Assembly (NCBI RefSeq): GCF_038025025.1
Contig: NW_027117348.1
Coordinates: 1-64,000, forward strand
Origin: Phyllosticta citribraziliensis
Taxonomy: Eukaryota
Direction of reading: 5' to 3'
DNA: 64,000 nucleotides
Below the pieces are notes generated by a model. The model did no database searches, was not told the origin of the DNA, and saw only the letters and a program-made list of their open reading frames with translations. Shown one piece after another: positions 48,076 through 59,709 of the stretch (position 1 is the stretch's first letter; each line of letters starts with the position of its first letter). Both the position numbers and the translations under genes were made by a program.

Positions 48076-49184
48076 TCATCGCAGATCCCAAATCCGACAA
48101 CGCCATGAGTTCGGCTCCACCCTTCCATACGAAATGGTCGCGACACGTCTGGGACCGTCAATGAAATGCCACTTAGCGTGAAGCACCTGCGACGGCCCAA
48201 TCTTCGCCAATGGATCCCTCCACAACTGCCAGACGAGCCTTTGTTCCCGCTCGTCAAATCCCGGCTCCACGTCCCAGGCGTCGTCGCCCTCCTTCCGAAC
48301 CAACCGCCACGTCATCATCTTGTTAGCAGCATCAAATCGCGTCGGAATCAGTAGCGCGAATCTGCTCCTCAAGAGCGCCCGGCCGTCGGTCGACACCACG
48401 ACGCGGGGACCTCCCATCAGGCCAACCAGGACATGCCCTGTCAAGATCATCAGGCCGTTGTGCCGGGGGAAGAAGTGTTCGTAGCCGCGCACGATGACCG
48501 CGTGGGGGAAGAGGTCGTACCAGCAGTGGTCTTCGGGCGGGAAGACGCGCTCCACTTCGTAAGATACGCGTAGTTGGCTCCAGTGTCCGTCGCACCCCTC
48601 ATTCGTCATGAAAGCGGTGCAGTACATCAAGGGGCCGAAGCACGTCTCGTGCATGGCGGCGCCGATCCAGGCCAGTATCCCGACCATGGCTTGGATAAAC
48701 TGTATGCTTTGTGTGGAAAGAAAAATGACAGTCTGTTGTTCTCGTATTCGGGCAAAATATCTTCTGTCTTGCTCCTCTGCTCAACGGCCCTGTCAGTCCT
48801 GCGCGGTCCGACCACACCCAACAAGGAGAGAGCGCACTCACGCGCCATCCAGACAATGGGATGCTGTTCAACAACCTTTTCCAGCAGCGCCAGCGTCCAC
48901 ATGGCAGGGTGGGTGCCAAAATTGCGAGCCAAAAAGTCGAACGCGCGCGACGCTTCACCGCCCGAGATGTCTCCCGTCACGGCAGTCGTATCTGCGAGGA
49001 CCCAACCCTGTGGTCTCTCGCCTCTGAGTTCGAAATATCGGTGTGGGTCCCAGTCCAGGGTGACGCAGATATTGTACTCTCCGTCTTTGGTGCCGTGTTC
49101 TTGAAGGATGTGGTGGATTGCTATGGGCATTTCCTTGGCTCGGATGCGTTGTTCTCGCGGTTCAACGTCGCCGGTATGATTCAT
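48076..49184 (-). CDS. Short paralogue of the 39023-42234 gene; one intron 48777-48841
   Basis: C|GTGAGT...CTGAC...CAG joins two ORFs in frame; LDWDP..YF, AVTG, LAWIGAAM, CWYDLF..AVIVRGY, LIPT..MTWRLV match the paralogue. Confidence 0.75.
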
Positions 49185-49604
49185 TTTCAAGGGATGCGAT
49201 GGACAGTGAGCCTTTGTCAGAGCGCGACTGCGGTGCGGTTTATTCCTGGGAAAACTACTTGTCGTGGGTGAAGCTGCAACCTCAACGAGGTGGATGGGTA
49301 GGAATAACGTCACTGGATCGACTCATCGAACAGAGGTTGGGCGGTTGTGAGGAGACGCGACCGTTCCGATGTTGGAGATGGCATCAGACGTCTTTTCAAC
49401 GGGATTCATTTGCGGTCCGTTCCTGCTCAAGATGTATCTCATTTCAAGCGGGAAGAAAGTGCGACTCTCACGGCCCAACTGCCATCACTTCGAATTTCAA
49501 GACTCGCGAGAAACACCAAGATCTTTCCAGCTTCAAGAACATCTTTTACGCGCATTGGACAATACAGTGCTCCATCTACGACTCAATGCGCCTGAACCTC
49601 ACCA

Positions 49605-50465
49605 TCATCCTCCGCGCCGCAGCTGCTCCTCCCGCTCCCTCCTCCTCCGCCTCTCCCTCTCCTCCAAGCGCATCACCTCCTCGTCCGCCAGTCCTAACTC
49701 CTTCAGGCGCCTCTCGACGGCCCTGCGCTCCAGCTCCCGCAGCTCAGCCTGCCTCTGCTCCTCTCTCCTCTGGCGACCCTCGCCCCTGACCGTGTGCATC
49801 AACCGCGAGAGACGGCGACGCGCTCCCTCCCACCGTCCCCCAGCCCTCTCCACCTCGTTGTGACGTCCCCTGGAACTGGGTCTGGTCTCCGTCTCTCGCC
49901 TCAATTCTCGCTGGGAACGCTCCTGAGTGGCCTGCGCCAACGTCATCTCGCCTCTCCTGTCCGGCGGCGGCGGCGGCGGAGTGCGATTCGGCGTGGGCGG
50001 CGCGGGTGCCTCTCCTGGCAGAGGTGGCAGTGGCCGCATGATGGACGCAGCCAGGCTTGCGCTGATGTTGTAGGTGACAGCGACGTTGACAGTGACGTCC
50101 GGGCCGACCTGTTCTTGCGCATCGGCCGATGAGTTGACCAGCGTGCTGCACTGGCTGAAACGGCTCGCGGCGTCGGATTCGACATCGACGGCGGTGGTGG
50201 TGCTGCTACAGGAGTCCGTCGCCGTGTTGGCGACGGGCGCGGCGGGAACGGCGGGTCCTGGAGAGACCGCGGGGATGGAGTTGCTAGTCTCCTCCGGCGC
50301 GGGGGTGGGCGTAGTCTCGAGCCATTGGCCCAGCCGGTCACTGTTCTCGTTGGCGTCTTGGGAGAGGGCTGAGTTGGCGCGGTCACGGGAGACCTTGCGC
50401 GCCGGGGTAGACGGGGACGGGCGACTGGCGCGAGAGTTGGAACGGAAAGGATGTCTTCCGGCCAT
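49605..50465 (-). CDS. Hypothetical low-complexity protein with Arg/Glu-rich C-terminal coiled coil
   Basis: 286-aa ATG-initiated ORF; no recognised domain. Confidence 0.6.
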   Translation of the reverse strand: MAGRHPFRSNSRASRPSPSTPARKVSRDRANSALSQDANENSDRLGQWLETTPTPAPEETSNSIPAVSPGPAVPAAPVANTATDSCSSTTTAVDVESDAASRFSQCSTLVNSSADAQEQVGPDVTVNVAVTYNISASLAASIMRPLPPLPGEAPAPPTPNRTPPPPPPDRRGEMTLAQATQERSQRELRRETETRPSSRGRHNEVERAGGRWEGARRRLSRLMHTVRGEGRQRREEQRQAELRELERRAVERRLKELGLADEEVMRLEERERRRRREREEQLRRGG

Positions 50466-52389
50466 GGTCGTCGGCGATGGTATGGTAGTGAATTAGGAGG
50501 ATGGAAGAGGTCGAGAACTGTCAGCCGTGTCAGCGCAGTCCCTTGAGTGATATGAGGGCTCCAGGAGAGCATATGGGGCAGCTGGGAACTGAACATTGAG
50601 CCAAAGCCTGTCCAGACTCAAGCAGAGGTTGGTAGCAACAAGACTCACCAGAAAGCAGCCAGACGCTTGAGGGAGTTCGGTCAAGCGCGCAAAGACCTCC
50701 GCAAGAGCGATTGGAGGAGGAGGCCCAGCAAACACAGTTCTGGACCGTCTTTGTACCAGCAGGACAGACACACAACAGTGACAGACCACTTGGTCGTGCC
50801 GGACTGCAAGAGAGCTCCAGAACCCCTACAAGACTCGGTCAGTAAGGAGAGCGGCGGATGGGTGAGCAGACGACATACACCAACGCGAGTTCCAGAATGC
50901 TCAGGCTTGAGCTCGCCCGCAATGCGGAGCCGTCGCCCTTGAGGCGTAAAAGAAACTCGATGGTCAAACGGGGCCTGGTGCCCTTCAACGAGGCAAGAGG
51001 CGCAAGGAGAGCGAGATTCCCGTGAGCTTCTTGGAGAGGCGGAGGCTCGGATTTCCAAAGCAGCTGGTGGTGTTGTTGGAAGAAAGGTTGGTGAGGGAAT
51101 GGTGGTGGTGGATGCCACCGGTAGTATTTTAGACGAGACGCGTCTCGGGGTATTATACGGCCGATGCCGTGTTTTGATTTTGAGATATTGCAAAGTGGTG
51201 GTGTTAATTTAGGTTAGCGTGGGCGGCGAGTGGGAAGTGCTCTCTGTCTTCACGGGCTCCAACTAAGGCAAAATGCCCAGGGAAGACTCTCTCAGCCTAA
51301 TCACTCCCTCAAGTCTGCCCTGATGCTCTGAAGGCCTCTGGCTAACTAAGGTGTCATAGATACTGCTATCTCTGTCGTCTCCTGGCCTTCCCTCTATTTA
51401 TACCACCGCTGCCAGCGCTTCTACGGTTTTCAGATTTCTTAGATTGCGTATTGGCTCTAAGCATCTCTCCTTTACGGCTTAGGCTGGCAAATCGCGCCCT
51501 CAAGATCAACATTTACGGCTTGAACATCATGCAGAAACGCCAGAGGGGGCCAATTAGGGGGGGTGGCCGCAGATCAACAAGCCGGATTCAAAACAACAAA
51601 GATAATGGAAGCCGATGGCATTTGGTCTTCGTCAAGCGTTTTTCACGAGGAACTCCCGGTGTTCGGCAAGCTATGGGAGTCAAGCATGGCTCAAAGTCAG
51701 TGTCAATTGGTGATGCTCCGGGGCTTGGGTTCTCTGCCGGCTTTCAGCTAGAGAGCAGGGGGAGATTGTGCCCTTTAAGGACAGGTCAGCTGGAGTCCGG
51801 AATGCGTATCCATCTGCTACAGGCTGCGATCATTTTGCCTAGGATTGTCCTAAGAGCTGCCTCGGCAAACAAAGGAATACCCTTTGGTCCGTCAAACATG
51901 TAGCAAGCTCCAAAGTAGGGAGGCCGGCTTTGAGGAAACGCTGTATCAAACAGAGTCTAAAATGGAGCCAGCTATCGACAAGAATTCAATTAGAGTCACA
52001 GGTTGTCGAAAACAGGGTCGGGATTCCGCTCCACGCTTTGGGTCATGAAGGCGAATAGAGAGAGGCTACGGGGATCCTCTCTTCCGCTTGCAGCACCAAA
52101 GTTTTCGTACGAGAGACGGGCAGCCCGTCTCAATTGGGTTCGAGAAGGTGCTCAGGTTGGAAATCTTGGTCACGTCACATCAATCATACACTGTTTGCAC
52201 TACTTGATCTTTTGAAATCTTCTAGATTTTTCTGTACGAAAACGCTCATTTTTGCCTCTTTCCACTGTGAATAACAAACGGCAAAGGAGTTCAGACCCAT
52301 TACGCAAAAGGACAAAAGGAAAAAGGGAAAACAGACGGCTGTCCTTGTCCAAACGCGCGGACTAGCCCTGCGTCTGGAAACTGGAGCCA

Positions 52390-53307
52390 TCATGCTATCG
52401 ACACAAACCCACCCAAAAGAGGCGGACATTGATCTGACGCGTCATCCCACCGGCCATCCCACTTGCTGATCCGTGGGCTATCCAACGGACTATCCCAATC
52501 CGGGCAACGTGTACCAAAGGCAGGCAAGAGGCTGGGCGGAACGGTTTTCGGGTCGGGGAAGCTCGGTCTACGAGGGACGGGCTTTCTCCGGATTCGTGTG
52601 GTCGTGGGCATGGGGAAGATGCCCAGCCCAATCGTGTTGTTGTCGTCGCATTGTACCGGCACAGGTCCTGAAGGGCCAGCCGCTTGGGGAGGAGAGTCGG
52701 AGCCACCGTAGAAATTGGGCATGCCCCCCGCGTCGGGCAGAGAGAAGAAGTCAGCGGGGATGGACGATGCGGATGTGGTCGACGCGGGCGAATGGAAAGC
52801 CGGCGAGGATGATGCGGGCGAATCGAACGCGGGCGAGGGTGCTGCGGGAAACATTGACAGGAACGGGGGCGTCGCCGGCGAACTGGGCGTGGACGAAGTG
52901 TACGTCGGCCAGGGCGGGGTGCGAATGTAGCGGCGGGCCCTTGGTGCAATCAACAGAGATGCGCTGTCTACCATGTCAGTCGCGGCACTGCCGCTGGAAC
53001 TGTAGGGGGACTGGGACTTACTCTTGGGGGTGCGGCTTTGGAAGGGGTTGTGCTTCCGCAGGAATGCGCGAAGTCTGCTCATCGGCTTCTTGTCCTGTTG
53101 GTCCACAGCGAGCTCAGCGGCCATGACGGCGTCGGCTTGTTGCTCCCAGCTTGCGAGGATGCCGCCGACGTTGGCCATTGTGAGCTTGGGCGACGGGGAA
53201 GCCATTTCTGGTTGCAAAGGCAAAGTGGAGGAATTTGCTGGTGCTGGTTGTGGAGCTGGAGCTGATGCTGATGCTGCTGACGCTACTGGACTGTGTGGAG
53301 AGCTCAT
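52390..53307 (-). CDS. Hypothetical Pro/Ser-rich protein
   Basis: ORF of about 305 aa from MSSPHSP; IRRKPVP motif; no recognised domain. Confidence 0.6.
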   Translation of the reverse strand: MSSPHSPVASAASASAPAPQPAPANSSTLPLQPEMASPSPKLTMANVGGILASWEQQADAVMAAELAVDQQDKKPMSRLRAFLRKHNPFQSRTPKSKSQSPYSSSGSAATDMVDSASLLIAPRARRYIRTPPWPTYTSSTPSSPATPPFLSMFPAAPSPAFDSPASSSPAFHSPASTTSASSIPADFFSLPDAGGMPNFYGGSDSPPQAAGPSGPVPVQCDDNNTIGLGIFPMPTTTRIRRKPVPRRPSFPDPKTVPPSLLPAFGTRCPDWDSPLDSPRISKWDGRWDDASDQCPPLLGGFVSIA

Positions 53308-54027
53308 GGAGTTTCGAAACGCGTGTTTTTCAACAGGAGCGCGGACGGGAACAATGCTATTGTGGGCGTTGAACAATGTCTGGCGTTGTGTTGCGGAGTT
53401 GTTCTGTCAACACTTTTGCTTTGTTCGCCTTCAACGCAGGGAACGGGGAATGGAACTTTGAACAACGGGCAGAATTCTCCGCAGGTGACTGAAGCGAACA
53501 ATCACTGCTGTCCTTCCAAACATGCCACAATACTATGTGATCCTGATTACAGAACGCCAAGGGCTTCTGAATCTTGTCATTGTGCAAAACCCAGCGGCAG
53601 CAAGGAGGGCCGCACTCCGCAAAGCGACGAGCGGTTTCGAACAAGGGTTGAGGCTTTTTTGACAATTCTCTCGAGGTGCCTGGCTACCTCCAGAGTCTCT
53701 CAATCTACTCTGTTGCGGACAAATGACTTCGTGCATGTGCTACTAGAATATCATGTTGGCAAGTTCTGGAAGCTTTTGGAACCTCACGGGATAAACAAGA
53801 CAGAAATAAAGACAGAGAGTGAAGTTCCAAGCACTGAAGCAATATTTTGTTGGCTCAGAGTCATGTTCCTGGTGGAAATGAAGAGCTCACTGGTGATAGC
53901 CTCCGCCCGACGACTCTCCGACTACCGAAATATTCAAATGCCATCATGAGTAGAGTTCTGGCCCAAAGTAGTTGCAAGTCGCCCATGTGCAAGCAGACAG
54001 CAACGCATATCTCCCCTCCCATTCCCC

Positions 54028-54726
54028 TCAATCCCATTTGCAAATCTCCAGCTTCGTGGCGACCTCTTCCTCGCACTCCAACGCCGAGACGTACTGGTCG
54101 GCGATCTCGTCGTCTTTGGTGGCCTGCTCCGCTTCAGGATTGTATTCATTGTCATCCATTTCCTGGACATGAGTGACACCGGTAGCGGGCTGGGTGCGCG
54201 GAGTGTGGCGGCGGCCGCGAGTCGCCTCCTCCTCGAAGTCGTCGCTGTCGATGTCGCTTGGGACGCTGGAAGAGGGACCGGCCGGATTGTAGGACAACTC
54301 CGGTGGCATGTTGCACTCCCAGCGGACGCACTGCTCGTCATCAGCTCAGAGGTGAGGCACAAGAATTTTCAGATCATACCGGGAGTCCATCATCAGCAAT
54401 CAGCCAGTACGGACGCGTCCAAATGGCTTCGTCGTCGGTCATAGCGATGCGCTTGTCGAACTGGAGCCAGCGTCAGCAAATTCGGAAAGCAGGCAAGCAA
54501 GTCGACCTACGACAATGGTCCAGATCGGGTGGGCTCTGTGAGGGGCGGGCGGATGAAGCGTCTCGTCCAAGTTGCAAGGGTCCCAGAAGCCTTGCTCGAC
54601 GGCGGCGTGGGTGAGTTCACCGATGGCAGACAGCACCCATGGGTCATGGTCAGCCACGCTGGCGTAGGTTTGCAAGATGGAGGGCCTGGCGACGCCGCCG
54701 ACCTGCTGGATGTCGATGCTGCTCAT
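54028..54726 (-). CDS. Hypothetical acidic protein, three exons
   Basis: MSSIDIQ...WTIV|FDKRIAM...DDGLP|CVRWECNMPPEL...; two phase-0 GT..CTGAY..CAG introns keep the frame. Confidence 0.55.
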
Positions 54727-55799
54727 GATGACGGGTTTTCGTAGGTGGGAAGATGAGCGGGCGGGCGGTGTTTGTTGTTGGTTTGGTGTGAATGTGGTGG
54801 AAAGTCTTGGGCGGGGTTTGAAGCGACACGTCTGCCCTGGGAGCTGGCCGACACTTCAAAGTACCCGCAGAGAGCTGGAGCCTGGACAATCGAACATGCG
54901 GGAGGGAATGGCATGCAATCTGCACAAACGATGGTGCAGCTGCAATGGTTCACGCATCTGCTTTGCAATTTCACTTCCTGCCCCCGGCACATTCAAGCGT
55001 ATTCGGGATTTGGCTTCTGCCCAAACACAGGTAATCGGAATCCAAAGCGCAGATGCTCTATGATCTGGTGGCACTTTTGACTCAGGCGTTGGGTACTACC
55101 GCGCGGGGACTCGCACTCGCGACGCCAAATTTTCTACTTTCTCTCGCTCCTTCTGAGCTTCTCACACGGCAGGTAAGCCAGGCGGTTACGGCTACGATCA
55201 GTGAGAATCAAACTGCTCGAGAAGCTTTCTTGATAGCCTTTCCTTTGTGATATCCTTGTTTGCCTATTGACTTGAGAAAAGTCTGCGTCTGGAGTAGCAA
55301 GCTTCTTTGTCAACTGAAAAGGCAAGGAAGTCCCCGCTTATGCGGTGATCTGAACTCCCATCGTATATATCCTCACCCATGCTTCTCCTGGGTCCTACTA
55401 TCCTGCCCACAGCGAGCCCCAAGACTGCCTCTTGCCCAATGAAATAACACTTCCGCCTGTGTCTTCGGCAAAGGCGATACCTTGACATGGCGGAGGCCCG
55501 TGCTCATTGTGAATGGCGGTAGTTCACATTGCATTTAGCGAAGTGAAGCGGTGCACTTTTGGATGTGTATGCCTCTACAAAACCCCATCGCCATCCTCCT
55601 CCAAACCACTACCGCTTCATCTTCCTCGGCACACCATCGACCAACTCATCATCGACAAAATCCTCCTCATCTTCAACGCCGCTACGTTTTCTCAGTAAAC
55701 TGTACGTTGCACGACTCCTTGGAGCAGTTCGCTCGTGCTGACATTGAGCCACAGTTCCAAACTCCCAGAATCCTCACCAGAGTCATCTTCACCAAAACT

Positions 55800-56645
55800 A
55801 TGGGTTTCATCAAGTCTGTCTCCCGCTGGTTCCGCATGAGGAGGATTGCTGCCCGCGTTGACCGTGAGCGCTACGCCAAAATGCGCAACGGCACCTACGA
55901 CTTCTCTCTTGAGGGTACGCCCAAGTCGAGCGCCAGCAAGATCGTTGTCGCTCCTCCGGTCCGCAAGCTCGAGCTTGTCGACAACAGCCCGTCGTCTCCA
56001 AGCACGGAGGACGACAATCTCTTCCCTGGCTTCCCATACAGTGACGACAACGACAGCGACGGCATCTCTTGCCTCTGGGACGCCGCTGCAATCGACCAGG
56101 ACATCGAGGACAACGTCGACAGCCAACTGCCCAGCCCCACGAGCACCGTCCGCTCGCAGGAGCTTGAGGAGTGCTTGAACCAGCTGCCGCCCTTGAAGGC
56201 TTACCGCTTCCTGGGCCTCTACGATCCGGAGCCGAGTCGCATCTACCGTGCGCCCGTCGTTGCCGACCGCCCTCCTTCTCTCGAGTCCTTGCCTCCGCTG
56301 TCGCCTCTCGCGCTCAGCTTCGACGACGAGACCACCGCCCCGTCCACCCAGCCTCTTCAGCCCGGCGAGAGTGAAGACCAGCCCACAGGCCCCGTTACGC
56401 GCTTGTGTATCACCTACACCGTCTCCGTCGAAGTCACGACCGAGACTGACGCCAACCACGACAGCCTTCCCAACGGCGTCATGCACGTCTCCTCTTTCGC
56501 GTCTGCTGAGCATGGCCCAGCCATCGTTGTTTCGCCTGCCACGGAGAGCGACATCGAGTCTCGTCGTCTTTCGGGTTCTGTTTCGAGCGAAGAAGAGACG
56601 GAACAGGAGGAGCTCAACCCAGATGTCGCCCACCTTTTTTACTGA
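55800..56645 (+). CDS. Hypothetical acidic Ser/Pro-rich protein
   Basis: ORF from MGFIKSVSRWF with C-ending codon bias. Confidence 0.65.
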   Translation: MGFIKSVSRWFRMRRIAARVDRERYAKMRNGTYDFSLEGTPKSSASKIVVAPPVRKLELVDNSPSSPSTEDDNLFPGFPYSDDNDSDGISCLWDAAAIDQDIEDNVDSQLPSPTSTVRSQELEECLNQLPPLKAYRFLGLYDPEPSRIYRAPVVADRPPSLESLPPLSPLALSFDDETTAPSTQPLQPGESEDQPTGPVTRLCITYTVSVEVTTETDANHDSLPNGVMHVSSFASAEHGPAIVVSPATESDIESRRLSGSVSSEEETEQEELNPDVAHLFY

Positions 56646-57453
56646 GTACCATGACACGGCGACTCGGCAGCAAGAAGAAATCAAAATTCGCATCTCTGGA
56701 GTTTCTTTTCGATTGCGGCGAACATGGAGTTCTGAATCGACCACGCGGAGTTTTGGGGCGCTTTCAGCATCGGGACAGGACAGCGGGTAGATAAATTTGC
56801 TGCAGTCACTCTTTTGGATCTTACGGAGTCAGACGACAAGGCTAGAGTATGATCTGGTTTTGCATGAGGGCGCAAAGAATTTCGGTCAATCAAGCCATCA
56901 AAGACATGGCAGCGGAGGGTTGAAACAAGACGCAATTTCACTTCAAGGAAATAGGAGCTACAGAGGCAAGAGCAGTTTGCTCTGCTCAAAGTATCAGGAA
57001 TGAATACACTGCATTTCAATCAACAAGACTCCGTTTGCGTGGTGTACCAAATGCACTGATTTTGCTGAAGTGAGTGACGCGAGTGATGGTCCGAGCAGCA
57101 GCGCCCGTGGAGTACCGCCCGCAACACTTCCATTACCGCCAGCCAATCTCATCTTGTGCGGAGTCTCTGTTCATCTTCTCACGGTTTTGAAAGTACTGAG
57201 GTTGGAGGAGTGCTTAATCCGGCTGCGCTCGTCAATCAATTTGGTATTTGTTGTGCCTGCGCATCGCTTCGCTCGAAGCTGTCCCTATCCACACGCGCCG
57301 TGAGCCTTCTGGCTGCTTGTCAACAAACCCCCGTCAAAGCTGTTCAGAGCTGCACAAAGACTGTTTCGCTGGTCATCGCCAGGCTAGCAGTACATCTCCC
57401 AGAGCCTTCCAGCAACTTCATCGCTGACACAAACAAACAGCCTCACCCTCGCG

Positions 57454-58758
57454 ATGAAGCCGAACCAAGCACTCTTGCTTGTCCTCGCCATCATGGGCAT
57501 CCTGGCGGTGGTGTCAACCTTCATGTGGAAGTGGCTCGCTAGGACCCGCATGAACCGGTATCGCGAACGCGTCGAGCTTCGCCGGGCAGCTCGCGCTGCG
57601 GCTCACGCTACCGCCCGCGTTGTCATGTCCGTTCCAGGCAGTAATCAGAAGGTCTGGGTCTTCTCGCGATATCATCTGGGTCGAAGTATCGAGCTGACGA
57701 TTCTGCAGTCTGCCTCCAACGCGACACACGCATCACCTCTCCGCGGACGCGTGCGCCGCCAGCACCGATCGGGCGAGCCGTCAAAAGCCAGCGCCGCAAA
57801 TGCTTCTACTGCCCCCTCCACTGCCCCAGTCGTCCCGGCTCCGCGTACACCCAGCCAGTCGCCTACCAAGCGTGGTCATCGAGCTTCTGGCTCGCCCAAG
57901 AAGAATGGAAACGGCGAAGGCGTAACAGTCGAGATCGGTCAGATGGAGGACTTCCTCCGGCCCGCCGGCCTGAAGTGGAACAAGGCAGCTCCAGCCAAGG
58001 CGTCGCCCACCAAGGTTTCGGCAACGAAGGAGTCTACAGTGAAAGAGGCTCCCGTCAAGGCTTCTACGGTCAAGGCCGCTGCGCCCAAGGAGCCTGCGGC
58101 AAAAGGGTCCACGCCAAAGGAGTCACCCGTGAAGACTTCTACCGTGAAGATCGCCCAGTCCAAGGTGTCTACGGTCAAAGAGTCTCCCGTCAAGACATCC
58201 ACCACGAAGGAATCGCCAACCAAGACGTCTACGACCAAGGAAGCTCCGATCAAGGCGTCGTCTCCCACCAAAGACTCTGCAAAGAAGCCTGCTCCGCTCA
58301 AGTTGTCTCCGAAAAAGGCGTCTACGACCACAAGCCAGACCAAGGCCTCTCCGACCAAGGCGTCCGCCACCAAGGACGCTCCCGCCAACGCGTCCCCCGC
58401 CAACACGTCTCCCATCAAGACGTCTCCAGTCAAATCTTCTGCGGCAAAGGAGCCTGCGGCCAAGGCTTCTCCCACCAAGGCTTCTCCAACCAAGGAATCG
58501 CCCGTCAAGTCCTGCATGGCAAAGCAGGCATCGGCCAACGCTTCTCCGACCAAAGCGTCTTCGTCCAAGCAGGCCCTCGTCAAGGCGACTCCGCCGCCCA
58601 AGTCGCCTGGAAAACAGGTCAGCTTTGCCGACAAGCACAAGGCAAGCCTTGCTCCCGCCAGTCCAACCAAGTCGAAGCAGTCCTCTGGTAGTGGTGGCTT
58701 GCTCAACTTTGGAGGCCTCGATATATTCGGCGGCGATGAGTATGTTCAGAAGCAGTAG
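57454..58758 (+). CDS. N-terminally membrane-anchored protein with long K/S/P/T-rich pentapeptide-type repeats
   Basis: Hydrophobic N-terminus then basic residues; probable in-frame intron ~57652-57708; many ASPTK/ESPVK units. Confidence 0.75.
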   Translation: MKPNQALLLVLAIMGILAVVSTFMWKWLARTRMNRYRERVELRRAARAAAHATARVVMSVPGSNQKVWVFSRYHLGRSIELTILQSASNATHASPLRGRVRRQHRSGEPSKASAANASTAPSTAPVVPAPRTPSQSPTKRGHRASGSPKKNGNGEGVTVEIGQMEDFLRPAGLKWNKAAPAKASPTKVSATKESTVKEAPVKASTVKAAAPKEPAAKGSTPKESPVKTSTVKIAQSKVSTVKESPVKTSTTKESPTKTSTTKEAPIKASSPTKDSAKKPAPLKLSPKKASTTTSQTKASPTKASATKDAPANASPANTSPIKTSPVKSSAAKEPAAKASPTKASPTKESPVKSCMAKQASANASPTKASSSKQALVKATPPPKSPGKQVSFADKHKASLAPASPTKSKQSSGSGGLLNFGGLDIFGGDEYVQKQ

Positions 58759-59709
58759 GCTGTTGGAAGGCGACATGCTTTTGCCTCATGGGCCACATAG
58801 AAAGGACAGCTTTGTGGAGAGGTTATTAAAGGACAGAGATACCGGTTGGAAGAGCCAGTGGTGTTGGGGCACATGTTGGGGGTCTTCTGGGGGTTCACTT
58901 GTCTAGTCGATCAGTTCTGGTTCCGGACACAACCAATGATCATTTGCCATACCAGCTTTCTCAAATCGTGATTCTGACCCAAATGCCGTGGTCACATTTG
59001 TCTTTCCGTTGTCGTGAACCACTTGACGCCCCTGACTACAGGGTAATGAGTCTTTCCTCGATAACTGCCCCAGTGCCGTCGACTATGCCCCCAGAAGTGC
59101 TTCGCGATTCCGGGTGTTTCTGGTTGTTCCTGACGCGCTGCTGTCAATTCGATTGGTAGCCCGGGCCAACAACGTCACTTCTCAACAAGCGATGCTTCTT
59201 TGTACAGCTGAATAAGACGGTGCTCCGCAAAAAGCTTCGTAACAATCGACTTGAACATGTGAAACTGACACCGCTTGTGTTAAAAGCCAAGGAAAACAGG
59301 CAATGGATTGACGCACCGTGAGTTGTTTTGCCAGGCAAGGCGTAGAGAAGTATATATTCTGCCCCTTTTAACACTCAAAATGCTGTCGGGACGATGTACC
59401 GCCTTGTGTGCAGTTTTCAACAGCTGTGCGGGTGTTAAAATGGCCTATCAACCACCACCGGTCGCATTTCATCATTGAGCACCAACAAATATCGTTGCCT
59501 GCGGGTTTTGACTGCGCGGTATGGTGCCGACTTTTCGGCCAACGTGGTCTGTGCGTTTGTTTGGGTCAGTCAAAACCCGAACCCTTCGCCCTCCAACCTT
59601 TAAGACACAACCACTTTCCTGGCCGCATCTCCCCGGCAGCTGCGGAGATCCTCTTATTTTTGTCAACGTCGAGCAAGTCTTCAAAGAGCTTTCAAGCTCT
59701 CCAACAAAA

